NCBI RefSeq assembly: GCF_000621645.1
Contig: NZ_JHXR01000027.1
Location: forward strand, 1-32,000
DNA from: Vibrio cholerae ATCC 14035
GTDB lineage: Bacteria; Pseudomonadota; Gammaproteobacteria; Enterobacterales; Vibrionaceae
Direction of reading: 5' to 3'
DNA: 32,000 nt
The position numbers were made by a program, and so were the translations under genes. Within the stretch, counting starts at the first letter, position 1. Every line of letters begins with the position of its first letter. The notes under the pieces are model-generated. The model was not told the origin of the DNA, searched no databases, and was given only the letters and a program-made list of their open reading frames with translations. Shown here in pieces: positions 9,912 to 17,805 of this stretch.

Positions 9912-11006
9912 TTAAGCGTATTGCGCTTCAAACTCTTTCATAAAATCGACCAGCGCTTGCACACCCTCTAGCGGCATCGCGTTATAGATAGAGGCACGCA
10001 TCCCCCCCACAACACGGTGCCCTTTCAATGACACCAAGCCACGCGCTTCAGCCAGTTCCAAGAAGGTATCGTCCAACTCGGGTTTCGCCAGTTGGAATGG
10101 GACGTTCATCAGCGAACGGTTGTCTGGATGGATCTCGTTACGGTAGAAATCGGATGAATCAATATAGCCATAAAGCAGCGCCGCTTTTGCACGGTTCACT
10201 TCTTCAATCGCTTTGACGCCACCTTGTGCTTTCAACCATTGGAAAACAAGGCCGGAGAGATACCAAGCAAAGGTAGGCGGGGTATTAAACATCGACTCTT
10301 GCTCAGCAAGAATTTTGTAGTTAAGTACTCCCGGTAACAGATCGCTAGCCAAATCCAGCAAATCATCGCGCACGATGGCGATACAGATCCCCGCAGGTCC
10401 AATATTCTTCTGCGCGCCAGCGTAAATCACGCCGTATTTCGATACATCAATTTCACGAGATAAAATGGTCGAAGACATATCGGCAACAATCGGTTTGTCT
10501 GTGACAGGCAAATCGTTGATTTCAATACCATCAATCGTTTCATTCGGGCAGAAGTGCACATAGGCAGCATTGTTCGCAATGCGCCATTCGCTCGCAGGTA
10601 ATACGGCAATTTTGCCTTCTTTTTCAATTTTGGCGTCAAAAACATCGACGGTGCAGTATTTCTTCGCTTCTTTCACTGCGCTCATCGCCCAGTAACCGGC
10701 ATCAATGTAGGTTGCCGTCTCTGCATCCCCGAGCAAGTTAAGTGGTACAGCCGCAAACTGTGCACGCGCTCCGCCTTGGCAAAACAGTACTTTGTAATTA
10801 TCTGGGATATTCAGAAGATCGCGCAGATCGCGCTCAGCATGCTCGGCCACTTGAATGAATGGCTGACTACGGTGGCTAATTTCCATCACCGAAGTGCCAA
10901 GATGATTCCAGTTTACAAACTCCGCTTGTGCTTGCAGCATCACAGCCTTAGGCAAGGCGGCGGGACCCGCACTAAAGTTATAAACCGTATCGGTGTTGTG
11001 CTCCAT
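9912..11006 (-). CDS. serC: Phosphoserine aminotransferase.
   Basis: 364 aa from the ATG at 11006, preceded by AGGAG. It is collinear with E. coli SerC (362 aa): [17 protein letters not shown], the PLP region GAQKN, and C-terminal [12 protein letters not shown]. The 15-codon upstream extension in the ORF track has no homology support. Confidence 0.95.
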   Translation of the reverse strand: MEHNTDTVYNFSAGPAALPKAVMLQAQAEFVNWNHLGTSVMEISHRSQPFIQVAEHAERDLRDLLNIPDNYKVLFCQGGARAQFAAVPLNLLGDAETATYIDAGYWAMSAVKEAKKYCTVDVFDAKIEKEGKIAVLPASEWRIANNAAYVHFCPNETIDGIEINDLPVTDKPIVADMSSTILSREIDVSKYGVIYAGAQKNIGPAGICIAIVRDDLLDLASDLLPGVLNYKILAEQESMFNTPPTFAWYLSGLVFQWLKAQGGVKAIEEVNRAKAALLYGYIDSSDFYRNEIHPDNRSLMNVPFQLAKPELDDTFLELAEARGLVSLKGHRVVGGMRASIYNAMPLEGVQALVDFMKEFEAQYA

Positions 11007-11065
11007 GTGTTCATTGCTCCTGCTAACGAAAAGTGTTGTGATTAATACCACTTTTTACGCCAGAT

Positions 11066-11097
11066 AAAAAGCGAGAAAAGAGGCCTTAACGCCTCTT
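11066..11097 (-). terminator. Probable terminator of the DUF945 gene.
   Basis: Stem AAGAGGC (11078-11084) / GCCTCTT (11091-11097). On the minus strand it is followed by a U-rich stretch, UUCUCGCUUUUU. Confidence 0.45.
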
Positions 11098-11127
11098 TCC
11101 CCAAGCAACGAACGACCGCGCGAGTTT

Positions 11128-12393
11128 TTAGCCTTGTGACATCATCAGCGGCATTAACAACATGACGAGTGGCATGGTTTTTCCGTTCGGGAATACCACA
11201 TTACCCTCTTTGATTTCCGCTTGTAGGGTGTAGCCTTTATCATCTTGAGTCATCATTTCCATCATCATGAGCTGGTCAATCCCTTGTGCAATAAATGGGA
11301 AAGCCGTCACCAACTGGTTGGAAATATACGTTTTAGTCTGCCCGGTCAGCGCTGGGATCACCGCCATCGGATCTTGCAGTAGATTTTCCGTCCCTTCAGG
11401 CACATTCAGTCGCCAATTCGATGCAAAATCACCACCAGAAATATTGGCCGAGAAGTTATCCACTGAAACGAAGAACCCTTTACTGAACAGTGCTTCCACT
11501 TGTGGCAAGATCTGCTCAACATCCTGCTCGGTCATCTCTGGCGCACCTTGATAAAGTTTAGACAGCGCTTTGGTGGCCGTGGTATCCAAGTCCCCCAACG
11601 TGAAATCTAAAGCGAACTCTTTAAACTCGCCGCCGCTGTATTTGGCATCGGCAATCTTCATTTTGTGAGCCGTGGTAAAACGAGTCTGTGTGGTATCCAA
11701 CCCTGAAGTGAAATGGTAAGTAAAACCACCCATATCAAACTCCGTTTGTCCCTCTTGGTTGACACTCAGTTTATCCAGCTTGAAATTCTGTGCGCCTAGC
11801 CACAAACCATCACTCTCTTTACCTTGACCGTCACCGGTGATCTGGCTGAGTACCATCTGCGCTTGGTTTTCAAAATCCAAAATGATCTTTGGTACGTTCA
11901 GTTGGAACGTCATTTCACCCAATGTCGTTAAAGAACCGCTCATTTGCGCCGGTTCAATGGTCACTGCAACAGGCTCTTCACCTTGGAATACGTAGTTCCA
12001 CTGTTCCAGCTTCACCGTGTAATCGGTGTTACCGTTTAACTTGGTATTCGAAAGAATCTGCAGTGGAAACTCAGGGAATTGCGGCAATGTTGATACCGCT
12101 GACACCCCCATCAGGCCATGAGTCAGTGTACTGTCGACTAAAATTTCGGTCGGAATACCTTCTGCTTCTAACTGCGCCACAATCGTCGGGTCTGTGATTT
12201 TGTAACGCGTCTGCATTTGTGATGACAGATAACCGCGCTGATAGTTAACCAGTTCAGCCTTGGTTGATGAGCTTTCAAAATTGTTGAGGCCATCTTTGAT
12301 CGCAGATTCACCGATTTGGCCCACCGCGAGTGGCCAACACAAACCTAGCGCAACAGCCCCACCCACTGCACCGATCATTTTTATTGATTTCAT
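11128..12393 (-). CDS. YdgA-like DUF945 family protein (N-terminal signal or anchor, extracytoplasmic).
   Basis: 421 aa. The N-terminal hydrophobic segment is MIGAVGGAVALGLCWPLAVGQ, and the remainder is a low-complexity beta-rich region resembling YdgA/DUF945 proteins. The family assignment is from recognition only. Confidence 0.55.
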   Translation of the reverse strand: MKSIKMIGAVGGAVALGLCWPLAVGQIGESAIKDGLNNFESSSTKAELVNYQRGYLSSQMQTRYKITDPTIVAQLEAEGIPTEILVDSTLTHGLMGVSAVSTLPQFPEFPLQILSNTKLNGNTDYTVKLEQWNYVFQGEEPVAVTIEPAQMSGSLTTLGEMTFQLNVPKIILDFENQAQMVLSQITGDGQGKESDGLWLGAQNFKLDKLSVNQEGQTEFDMGGFTYHFTSGLDTTQTRFTTAHKMKIADAKYSGGEFKEFALDFTLGDLDTTATKALSKLYQGAPEMTEQDVEQILPQVEALFSKGFFVSVDNFSANISGGDFASNWRLNVPEGTENLLQDPMAVIPALTGQTKTYISNQLVTAFPFIAQGIDQLMMMEMMTQDDKGYTLQAEIKEGNVVFPNGKTMPLVMLLMPLMMSQG

Positions 12394-12615
12394 AGTCGAA
12401 TATTTCCTTGGGATTGAGTTTCCTTAGTTTAGGTGACGAAACTCGTACAAGATACAAATAATTGTCAACATTTGTGCAAACAACGGGAAAAGTATGAATC
12501 AAATCAGAGTATTGAATTGCAACAGTCTTGATTGGAAATTCTCCAACTCTGCTCCCACTTCATCAGCGCCATCCCTGCTAAAGTAACGGCGTGAACCCTT
12601 GCCAGAGAAAAGGTT

Positions 12616-14571
12616 GTGAATCGCTACGCCCTGCTCATTTTAGATAACAATCCGTTCAGTATTGAACAATGGCGTCAAGAACTGTCTGGTTTTGCCAGTA
12701 AATTCGACCTATGCAGCGCTGAATCTATTGATGAAGCTCAGCAGTGGCTTGAATTTATTGAACAACGTGAACAGATCGCCGCGTTAGTTATCGCCAGTCA
12801 TCACGAAGCGCTCAATGGTGCGGATTTTTTGATTCGATTAGATAAAGTGGCGCACACCAAACACGCTCGCAAAGTTCTGGTGAGTGGTGGACAAGATATC
12901 CAAGCCATTCTGAGCGCGGTCAACGAAGGTCGCTTAGACTACTGCTTGACTAAACCACTGCAAGATAACGTGCTACGCAAAACGGCTTTACAAGAACTGA
13001 CCTCCTTTGTACTTGAACACGATAAAGACAATATCTTGAGCTACAGCACGGTGTTGGATCAGCAGCGTCTGTTACGCGCGCACATCGATAATAAAATGCG
13101 CAGCTACCGTGAAGGATTCATCACGGATTATCACCGCTTATCCGATAGTGAATTAGCCGAAAAAGTGATTGGTGCGCTGTACCAGTTTTTTGATGAGAAA
13201 GACGAGACTCAAGCGTGCCGAACCTATTCCGCGCAGCATTTACTGACCGAAGAGGGCGAGCCTAACCGTTTCTTATGGTTTATCACCGAAGGCGAAGTGG
13301 CTTTATATAAGCGAGACGATCTTGGCCAACAGCGTGAAGTGGTACGCCATAAAAAAGGCAATATTATCGGCGGTATGTCATTTGTGACTGGCGAACCCTC
13401 TTTTTCGACTGCGATCACCCTAACCCAGACTGAAGTGATAAAACTTGATCGTGACGTGTTCGCCAAAGTCATGCACAACGACACCAGTCTACTGCCTCTG
13501 TTTACCAACTTACTTCTGCGCCATTTTAATCGTCGATTGCAACGCAGTATTACCACGAAACTTGAACTGCAAAAAACGTTGGAGTCTTTAGAGTCTGCCC
13601 ATCAACAATTGATGGAGCGTGAAAAAATGGCGATGTTAGGACAACTGGTGGCAGGCGTTGCCCACGAGTTGAATAATCCGGTCGCTGCCATTTTGCGCGG
13701 TACTGAAACCTTATCCAGCCATATTGGACATTTGATTGAGGGTGAAGAGCGAGCGCCAACCGAGCAATTAGGTGCGCAACTATTGCAAAAAGCCATGCAG
13801 GCTAAGCCGATCTCCACTTCCGAAGAGCGTCACAAAGCCAAACAGTTAGAAGAGCTTATCCATCACCGTTTAATCGCCAAGAAAATGGTCAAATTAGGCT
13901 TGGATGACGATGAGGCCATGATCCAACTCGCCAAAAGCCGACCGGAAATAGCGCAAAAACAACTTGAACAGCTGGAAAGCTATCACCTCACCGGCAGTAC
14001 TCTGCGTTCAATCCAAGTCTGTGCACAGCGGATTGCTGACATGGTGAAAAGCCTTAAAGGCTATGCACGTCCTGACGATGAAACTTATCGACTCTCCGAT
14101 ATTCATGAAGGGATAGAAGATACCTTGGTCATTTTTGAAAATCGCCTAAAACGGCATAGTGTCGAAAAAGAGTACGCACAATTACCATTAATCTATTGTT
14201 TGCCAATTGCGCTACAGCAAGTGTGGACTAATCTCATCTCAAATGCGATTGACGCTTTTCCTGAACATGGCGTATTGCGTATTGAAACCGAGCAGCAACG
14301 TCGTCAAGATATCGACTACGCCGTGATTCGCTTCACCGACAATGGTTGTGGCATTCCACAAGCGTTACAGCAGAAGATTTTTGCCCTCAACTACACTACC
14401 AAACGAGAAGGTAACTTTGGTCTTGGGATTGGCCTATCTGTCTGTCAACAGATCATTATGCAACATCAAGGTTGGATTGATGTCGACTCCCAACCTAACC
14501 ACTACACCACCATGACGGTGTGGCTGCCTTTAATGGTATCCGCACCCACCTTGGCAAGGAGCAAGCCATGA
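12616..14571 (+). CDS. Soluble multidomain histidine kinase: N-terminal pseudo-receiver, cNMP-binding-like domain, then HisKA and HATPase_c.
   Basis: 651 aa with no hydrophobic TM segments. The REC-like fold at aa 1-125 has Ser61 where the phospho-acceptor Asp is expected. The cNMP-like beta-barrel spans about aa 205-310 (FLWFITEGEVALYK...GGMSFVTGEPSFSTA). The kinase core has the H-box VAHELNNP, N-box NLISNAIDA, G1 DNGCGIP and G2 GLGIGLS. GTG start at 12616. Confidence 0.85.
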   Translation: MNRYALLILDNNPFSIEQWRQELSGFASKFDLCSAESIDEAQQWLEFIEQREQIAALVIASHHEALNGADFLIRLDKVAHTKHARKVLVSGGQDIQAILSAVNEGRLDYCLTKPLQDNVLRKTALQELTSFVLEHDKDNILSYSTVLDQQRLLRAHIDNKMRSYREGFITDYHRLSDSELAEKVIGALYQFFDEKDETQACRTYSAQHLLTEEGEPNRFLWFITEGEVALYKRDDLGQQREVVRHKKGNIIGGMSFVTGEPSFSTAITLTQTEVIKLDRDVFAKVMHNDTSLLPLFTNLLLRHFNRRLQRSITTKLELQKTLESLESAHQQLMEREKMAMLGQLVAGVAHELNNPVAAILRGTETLSSHIGHLIEGEERAPTEQLGAQLLQKAMQAKPISTSEERHKAKQLEELIHHRLIAKKMVKLGLDDDEAMIQLAKSRPEIAQKQLEQLESYHLTGSTLRSIQVCAQRIADMVKSLKGYARPDDETYRLSDIHEGIEDTLVIFENRLKRHSVEKEYAQLPLIYCLPIALQQVWTNLISNAIDAFPEHGVLRIETEQQRRQDIDYAVIRFTDNGCGIPQALQQKIFALNYTTKREGNFGLGIGLSVCQQIIMQHQGWIDVDSQPNHYTTMTVWLPLMVSAPTLARSKP

Positions 14572-15065
14572 ACAAATTTTTGATTTTATGTGTGGATGAC
14601 GAACGAGAAGTGCTCGACAGTGTGGTGCAAGATCTCGACTGTTTTGAAGAGCATTTCATTATTGAAGCGGCCGAATCGGTTGCGGAAGCGAAATCCGTGA
14701 TTGAGGATTATCGCCAAGAAGCGATCCCCCTCGCCCTGATCCTGTGTGATCACATCATGCCGGAGCAGACTGGCATTCAATTTCTTATTGAGCTCAACCA
14801 AGAAGCCGATACCACCCGCACACGCAAGATGTTACTCACAGGCCAAGCGGGGCTGGAAGATACCGTACAAGCCGTTAACCATGCCAGTTTACACTTTTAC
14901 ATCGCTAAGCCTTGGCATGGAGAACAACTGCGCCAAGCCGTAAAAGAGCAATTGACTCATTACGTGATTGAGAACGAAGAGGACTTAATGCCTTGGATTC
15001 AAATTCTCGATGCAGAAAAAATTCTAAATGCGATCGCCGCTAAAAGAATGAGCTTTGGCGAATAG
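14568..15065 (+). CDS. Stand-alone receiver-domain response regulator with a ~40-aa C-terminal tail and no DNA-binding domain.
   Basis: 165 aa from the ATG at 14568, which overlaps the kinase stop (ATGA, 14568-14571). The canonical REC residues are present: DD (VDDE), the phospho-acceptor Asp in LILCDHIMP, T in LLTG and K in AKPW. Confidence 0.85.
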   Translation: MNKFLILCVDDEREVLDSVVQDLDCFEEHFIIEAAESVAEAKSVIEDYRQEAIPLALILCDHIMPEQTGIQFLIELNQEADTTRTRKMLLTGQAGLEDTVQAVNHASLHFYIAKPWHGEQLRQAVKEQLTHYVIENEEDLMPWIQILDAEKILNAIAAKRMSFGE

Positions 15066-15255
15066 GGAATTTGGCACTCTAATTGCTTAAATTTCATATG
15101 AACGACAAAACTCTGACATTTTTTGATAGTAGCTTGATACATCAATGCTTTATGATGTCAAACCATGAACCCGGAGTCGATTTTAAGGCTTCAGTCACTG
15201 CAACTTTCAGGTAGTGGCCTTGGAATTAATCAGAAGATAAAGGTTTATCTTAATT

Positions 15256-15804
15256 ATGCGTAAAACAATCGTTGCAACTGCACTACTTCTCGTCGCTGGC
15301 TCGGCACTGGCTGAAGGTGAGCGTGATAGCCGTACCGTAATGAGCAACTTTAGCTATGACTATGTAGAAGCGCGCATCGGCACCAGCCCTATGACTTTTG
15401 GTGCTGCGATGAGCCGCTCTGTTCACCCTAATGCTCATGTGATTGGTCGAATCGACTCAGAATTTGAAAGTGACTACGATGTCGCGGCCGGATTTGGATT
15501 CCACGCGCCGGTCAATAACTGGGCAGATCTTACCGGTGAAATGCTGTTTCGTTTAGTCGATGATCGCAAACGCTCTAGCGCCGATACCGGCATGGAACTG
15601 AACATTGGTATTCGTCAGTGGTTAGGGCCTCAGCTTGAGGTGGGCGGTAAAGCAGGTTACGTCTCTATCGACAACAATGATGATTGGCTAGGCTCAGTAT
15701 ACGCACGCTTCCACGCAACCGAGCTGTTCTCTCTCGGTGCAGAAGCTCGCATAAACGACTTTTACGACGATCAGTTGATGTTCACAGCTCGCTTTAACTT
15801 CTGA
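15256..15804 (+). CDS. Small outer-membrane beta-barrel protein (OmpA-like/Ax21-like porin family).
   Basis: 182 aa. It has a signal peptide ending in ALA-EG, alternating amphipathic beta-strand patterns and the C-terminal ...TARFNF with terminal Phe that is typical of BAM substrates. Confidence 0.6.
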   Translation: MRKTIVATALLLVAGSALAEGERDSRTVMSNFSYDYVEARIGTSPMTFGAAMSRSVHPNAHVIGRIDSEFESDYDVAAGFGFHAPVNNWADLTGEMLFRLVDDRKRSSADTGMELNIGIRQWLGPQLEVGGKAGYVSIDNNDDWLGSVYARFHATELFSLGAEARINDFYDDQLMFTARFNF

Positions 15805-15830
15805 TCCGTTAGGGTTCGTCGCGATACAGT

Positions 15831-15870
15831 AAAAAAGCCATAAGCCAGAAATCTGGCTTATGGCTTTTTT
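15831..15870. terminator. Strong bidirectional terminator shared by the OMP gene and tfoX.
   Basis: 12-bp stem GCCATAAGCCAG (15837-15848) / CTGGCTTATGGC (15853-15864), flanked by A6 (15831-15836) and T6 (15865-15870). Confidence 0.9.
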
Positions 15871-15899
15871 ATGATTGAGAACGTGGCTAACGCTTTAAC

Positions 15900-16493
15900 T
15901 TAACGCTGCTGACAACTTTCTAACAGTTGGCGCTTACGCGGCTCTTGCAGCAGTTTCCAGTGAATGCCTTCAATCGCACCCGCAAACTTCCACAGTAGTT
16001 TTACATCGACATCACTTCCATAAGCTTGACGCACCTTATTAAACACTTCTGGCGCACCGAGGCTCATAAAAGTTTCCACATCGTCAATGCCCGCTTTTTT
16101 TACCATACGCTCCAAAGTCAGTTGCATATTGGGTAAATCCCGTAGACGACGACTGGCTGCTGAGCGTTGAAATTCCCGCTGATTCACAGAAAACTGAATC
16201 GAGCGTTCAATAATCGAGTCTAGCTCAGGGTGATGTTGCTCATACAGTTCAGTGATGTCGTAATAGTTTACGGTTGCCGTTGTCTGTTTTTTAACATGGC
16301 GATATTTCTCGCACCCTAAGGCCAAGAGCTCAGGGTCGAGCTCTTCTCCACCACGCACAAAAATGCGGTCTTCACTGACCAACACATACATAGCGTCGTG
16401 TTGAAACAAGCCAATACCACCAAACATCGAGCGTTTTTGGTAGGCGCCAAACTTAGTTACGTAGTCGAAAAACTGTTGCTCATTCATATCCAT
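15900..16493 (-). CDS. tfoX: TfoX/Sxy, master regulator of natural competence.
   Basis: 197 aa from the ATG at 16493 (MDMNEQQFFDYV...). It has the TfoX N domain (RSMFGGIGLF) and TfoX C domain (RLRDLPNMQLTLERMVKKAGI, helix-hairpin-helix-like). AAAGGA lies 5 nt upstream of this ATG. The longer ORF-track start at 16508 lacks an SD. Confidence 0.9.
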   Translation of the reverse strand: MDMNEQQFFDYVTKFGAYQKRSMFGGIGLFQHDAMYVLVSEDRIFVRGGEELDPELLALGCEKYRHVKKQTTATVNYYDITELYEQHHPELDSIIERSIQFSVNQREFQRSAASRRLRDLPNMQLTLERMVKKAGIDDVETFMSLGAPEVFNKVRQAYGSDVDVKLLWKFAGAIEGIHWKLLQEPRKRQLLESCQQR

Positions 16494-16496
16494 TGA

Positions 16497-16524
16497 TCCT
16501 TTAATCACGTTCCCCGATTAAGGA
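16497..16524 (-). promoter_or_regulatory. Hairpin in the tfoX 5' leader that sequesters the Shine-Dalgarno sequence.
   Basis: On the tfoX sense strand: UCCUUAAUC - GGGGAACGU - GAUUAAAGGA. The 3' arm contains the SD AAAGGA, 5 nt before the AUG. The complementarity was read directly from the sequence and includes one bulged A. Confidence 0.5.
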
Positions 16525-16644
16525 AGATCACCAGATAGCAGCAATAAAGCGAAAATAATGAAATTGTTTAGCAAGTCTATTCAATCGTTCGTATGAGCTT
16601 GCTTGTTTTATGAAGCTAATGATAGTTTACGAAGAGAAATAAGT

Positions 16645-16660
16645 CTGGACTTATCTCACA
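16645..16660. promoter_or_regulatory. Weaker CRP-like site, with a candidate -10 (TATCAT on the tfoX strand, 16619-16624) at class II spacing.
   Basis: On the tfoX strand: TGTGA-GATAAG-TCCAG. One half-site is perfect and the other matches 3 of 5 positions. The hexamer lies about 31 bp downstream of the site centre. Confidence 0.3.
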
Positions 16661-16687
16661 TCGATGCAATACTTTTGCGCCAGATTA

Positions 16688-16703
16688 TGAGACCAGTATC
16701 ACA
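16688..16703. promoter_or_regulatory. CRP-like binding site upstream of tfoX.
   Basis: TGAGA-CCAGTA-TCACA differs from the TGTGA-N6-TCACA consensus at one position. It lies about 200 bp upstream of the tfoX ATG, in the spacer between the divergent tfoX and HDOD genes. Confidence 0.45.
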
Positions 16704-16864
16704 GCGTCAATTTTTTGTTGCTCCTCTATACTTAAACCTCATCTATTAAATCGCTCAATAGTTCAACGAAAAAACCAGCGTAATCGGTAAAATGCATGGA
16801 ACCGTTTGCTTATTTAGTTTAGCGATAGTTAAAATGCTACCAACTTTGCTTGATCGTGTATTTT

Positions 16865-17785
16865 ATGAGTCACCTATCTTTTTACTGGTTACCCGAAACC
16901 AAACATAAACTCATCCAAGGATTGGAAAGTGAATTTGCGCAATTGGTCGAGCTTTCTATCAGTACCGGGAAAATTTCGCTTCCCCCAATTCCAGATGTCG
17001 TTTTAAAAATTCAGCGCCTGTGCTTAGCGGAATCGACATCCATATCCGATGTCGCGGACTGCTTAATTGAAGATCCTGGGCTCTCTGCGATTGTGATTCG
17101 CGTGGCGAACTCAGTTGTGTTTAATCGTCGAAACATTACGTGCACCGATATTGTCACGGCCGTTTCACGTCTTGGCATTTTGCGCGTTCGTGATATTGTG
17201 ACGGCGCAAGCTATTGAACAGTTGAAGTACTCCGTCAACCTCAGTAAAGAGTGCAATCGCATCTTACTTAAAAGTGCGACCATTTCTCGCGAAATGGGGG
17301 CCACCATGTTACTGGTGACCCAGACATTTAAGTGTGTGGATGCGAAGAAATACCAGTACCTTGAGCTAGAAAAGGCACTACTAGTCGGTTTGTTGGCGGA
17401 TATCGGTATCTTCTGTCTGGTCAATGAGTACCATTTATATCTACAAAATGGTAATTATCTGGATCCCACTATTGCACTGAAGATTTTCCAATCTCAGTGC
17501 TCACCAATCAGTCAATTGGTGTTACGTCACTGGGGATTTGATCATGACTTTTTGGAAGTCGCTTGCAACACTGAGCTGGTAACCGAGCGACAAGAAGTCA
17601 CTTACCTCGATATTGCTCGTATTGCTCATCACTTACTGATGTTCAGAAAGAAAGATGATGCGATTGACGATCACAATGTCGAGATCAACTCTGAAGGCGC
17701 TGAAGTGCTCTACCAGCTCAGCAACTTAAGTGAAATGGAATTTAACAACAAGCTAAGTGATGTGATCAGTGCCAGTGGCATCTGA
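16865..17785 (+). CDS. HDOD domain-containing signalling protein.
   Basis: 306 aa from the ATG at 16865. The HDOD hallmark region is present: LPPIPDVVLKIQRLCLAESTSISDVADCLIEDPGLSAIVIRVANS...AVSRLGILRVRDIV. The TTG at 16850 in the ORF track is less likely to be the start. Confidence 0.8.
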   Translation: MSHLSFYWLPETKHKLIQGLESEFAQLVELSISTGKISLPPIPDVVLKIQRLCLAESTSISDVADCLIEDPGLSAIVIRVANSVVFNRRNITCTDIVTAVSRLGILRVRDIVTAQAIEQLKYSVNLSKECNRILLKSATISREMGATMLLVTQTFKCVDAKKYQYLELEKALLVGLLADIGIFCLVNEYHLYLQNGNYLDPTIALKIFQSQCSPISQLVLRHWGFDHDFLEVACNTELVTERQEVTYLDIARIAHHLLMFRKKDDAIDDHNVEINSEGAEVLYQLSNLSEMEFNNKLSDVISASGI

Positions 17786-17805
17786 AGTACCACTGTGAGG
17801 ATGTT

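Noticed and set aside
11007-11051. 15-codon N-terminal extension of serC in the ORF track ([15 protein letters not shown]).
   Set aside because: Homology to SerC begins at [16 protein letters not shown] precedes the ATG at 11006, and the extension overlaps the likely promoter and terminator region.
12308-12502. 64-aa minus-strand ORF overlapping the 5' end of the DUF945 gene.
   Set aside because: It overlaps the supported CDS in another frame and runs into the AT-rich promoter region. There is no supporting signal.
15134-15145. TTGATACATCAA, an FNR/CRP-family-like inverted repeat upstream of the OMP gene.
   Set aside because: The half-sites TTGAT/ATCAA are separated by 2 nt rather than the 4 nt required for FNR. 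The spacing is incompatible with the known consensus.
15234-15251. Hairpin AAGATAA-AGGT-TTATCTT covering the SD-like AAGG of the OMP gene.
   Set aside because: The 7-bp stem has a single G-C pair and is probably too weak to regulate translation. I noted it only as a curiosity.
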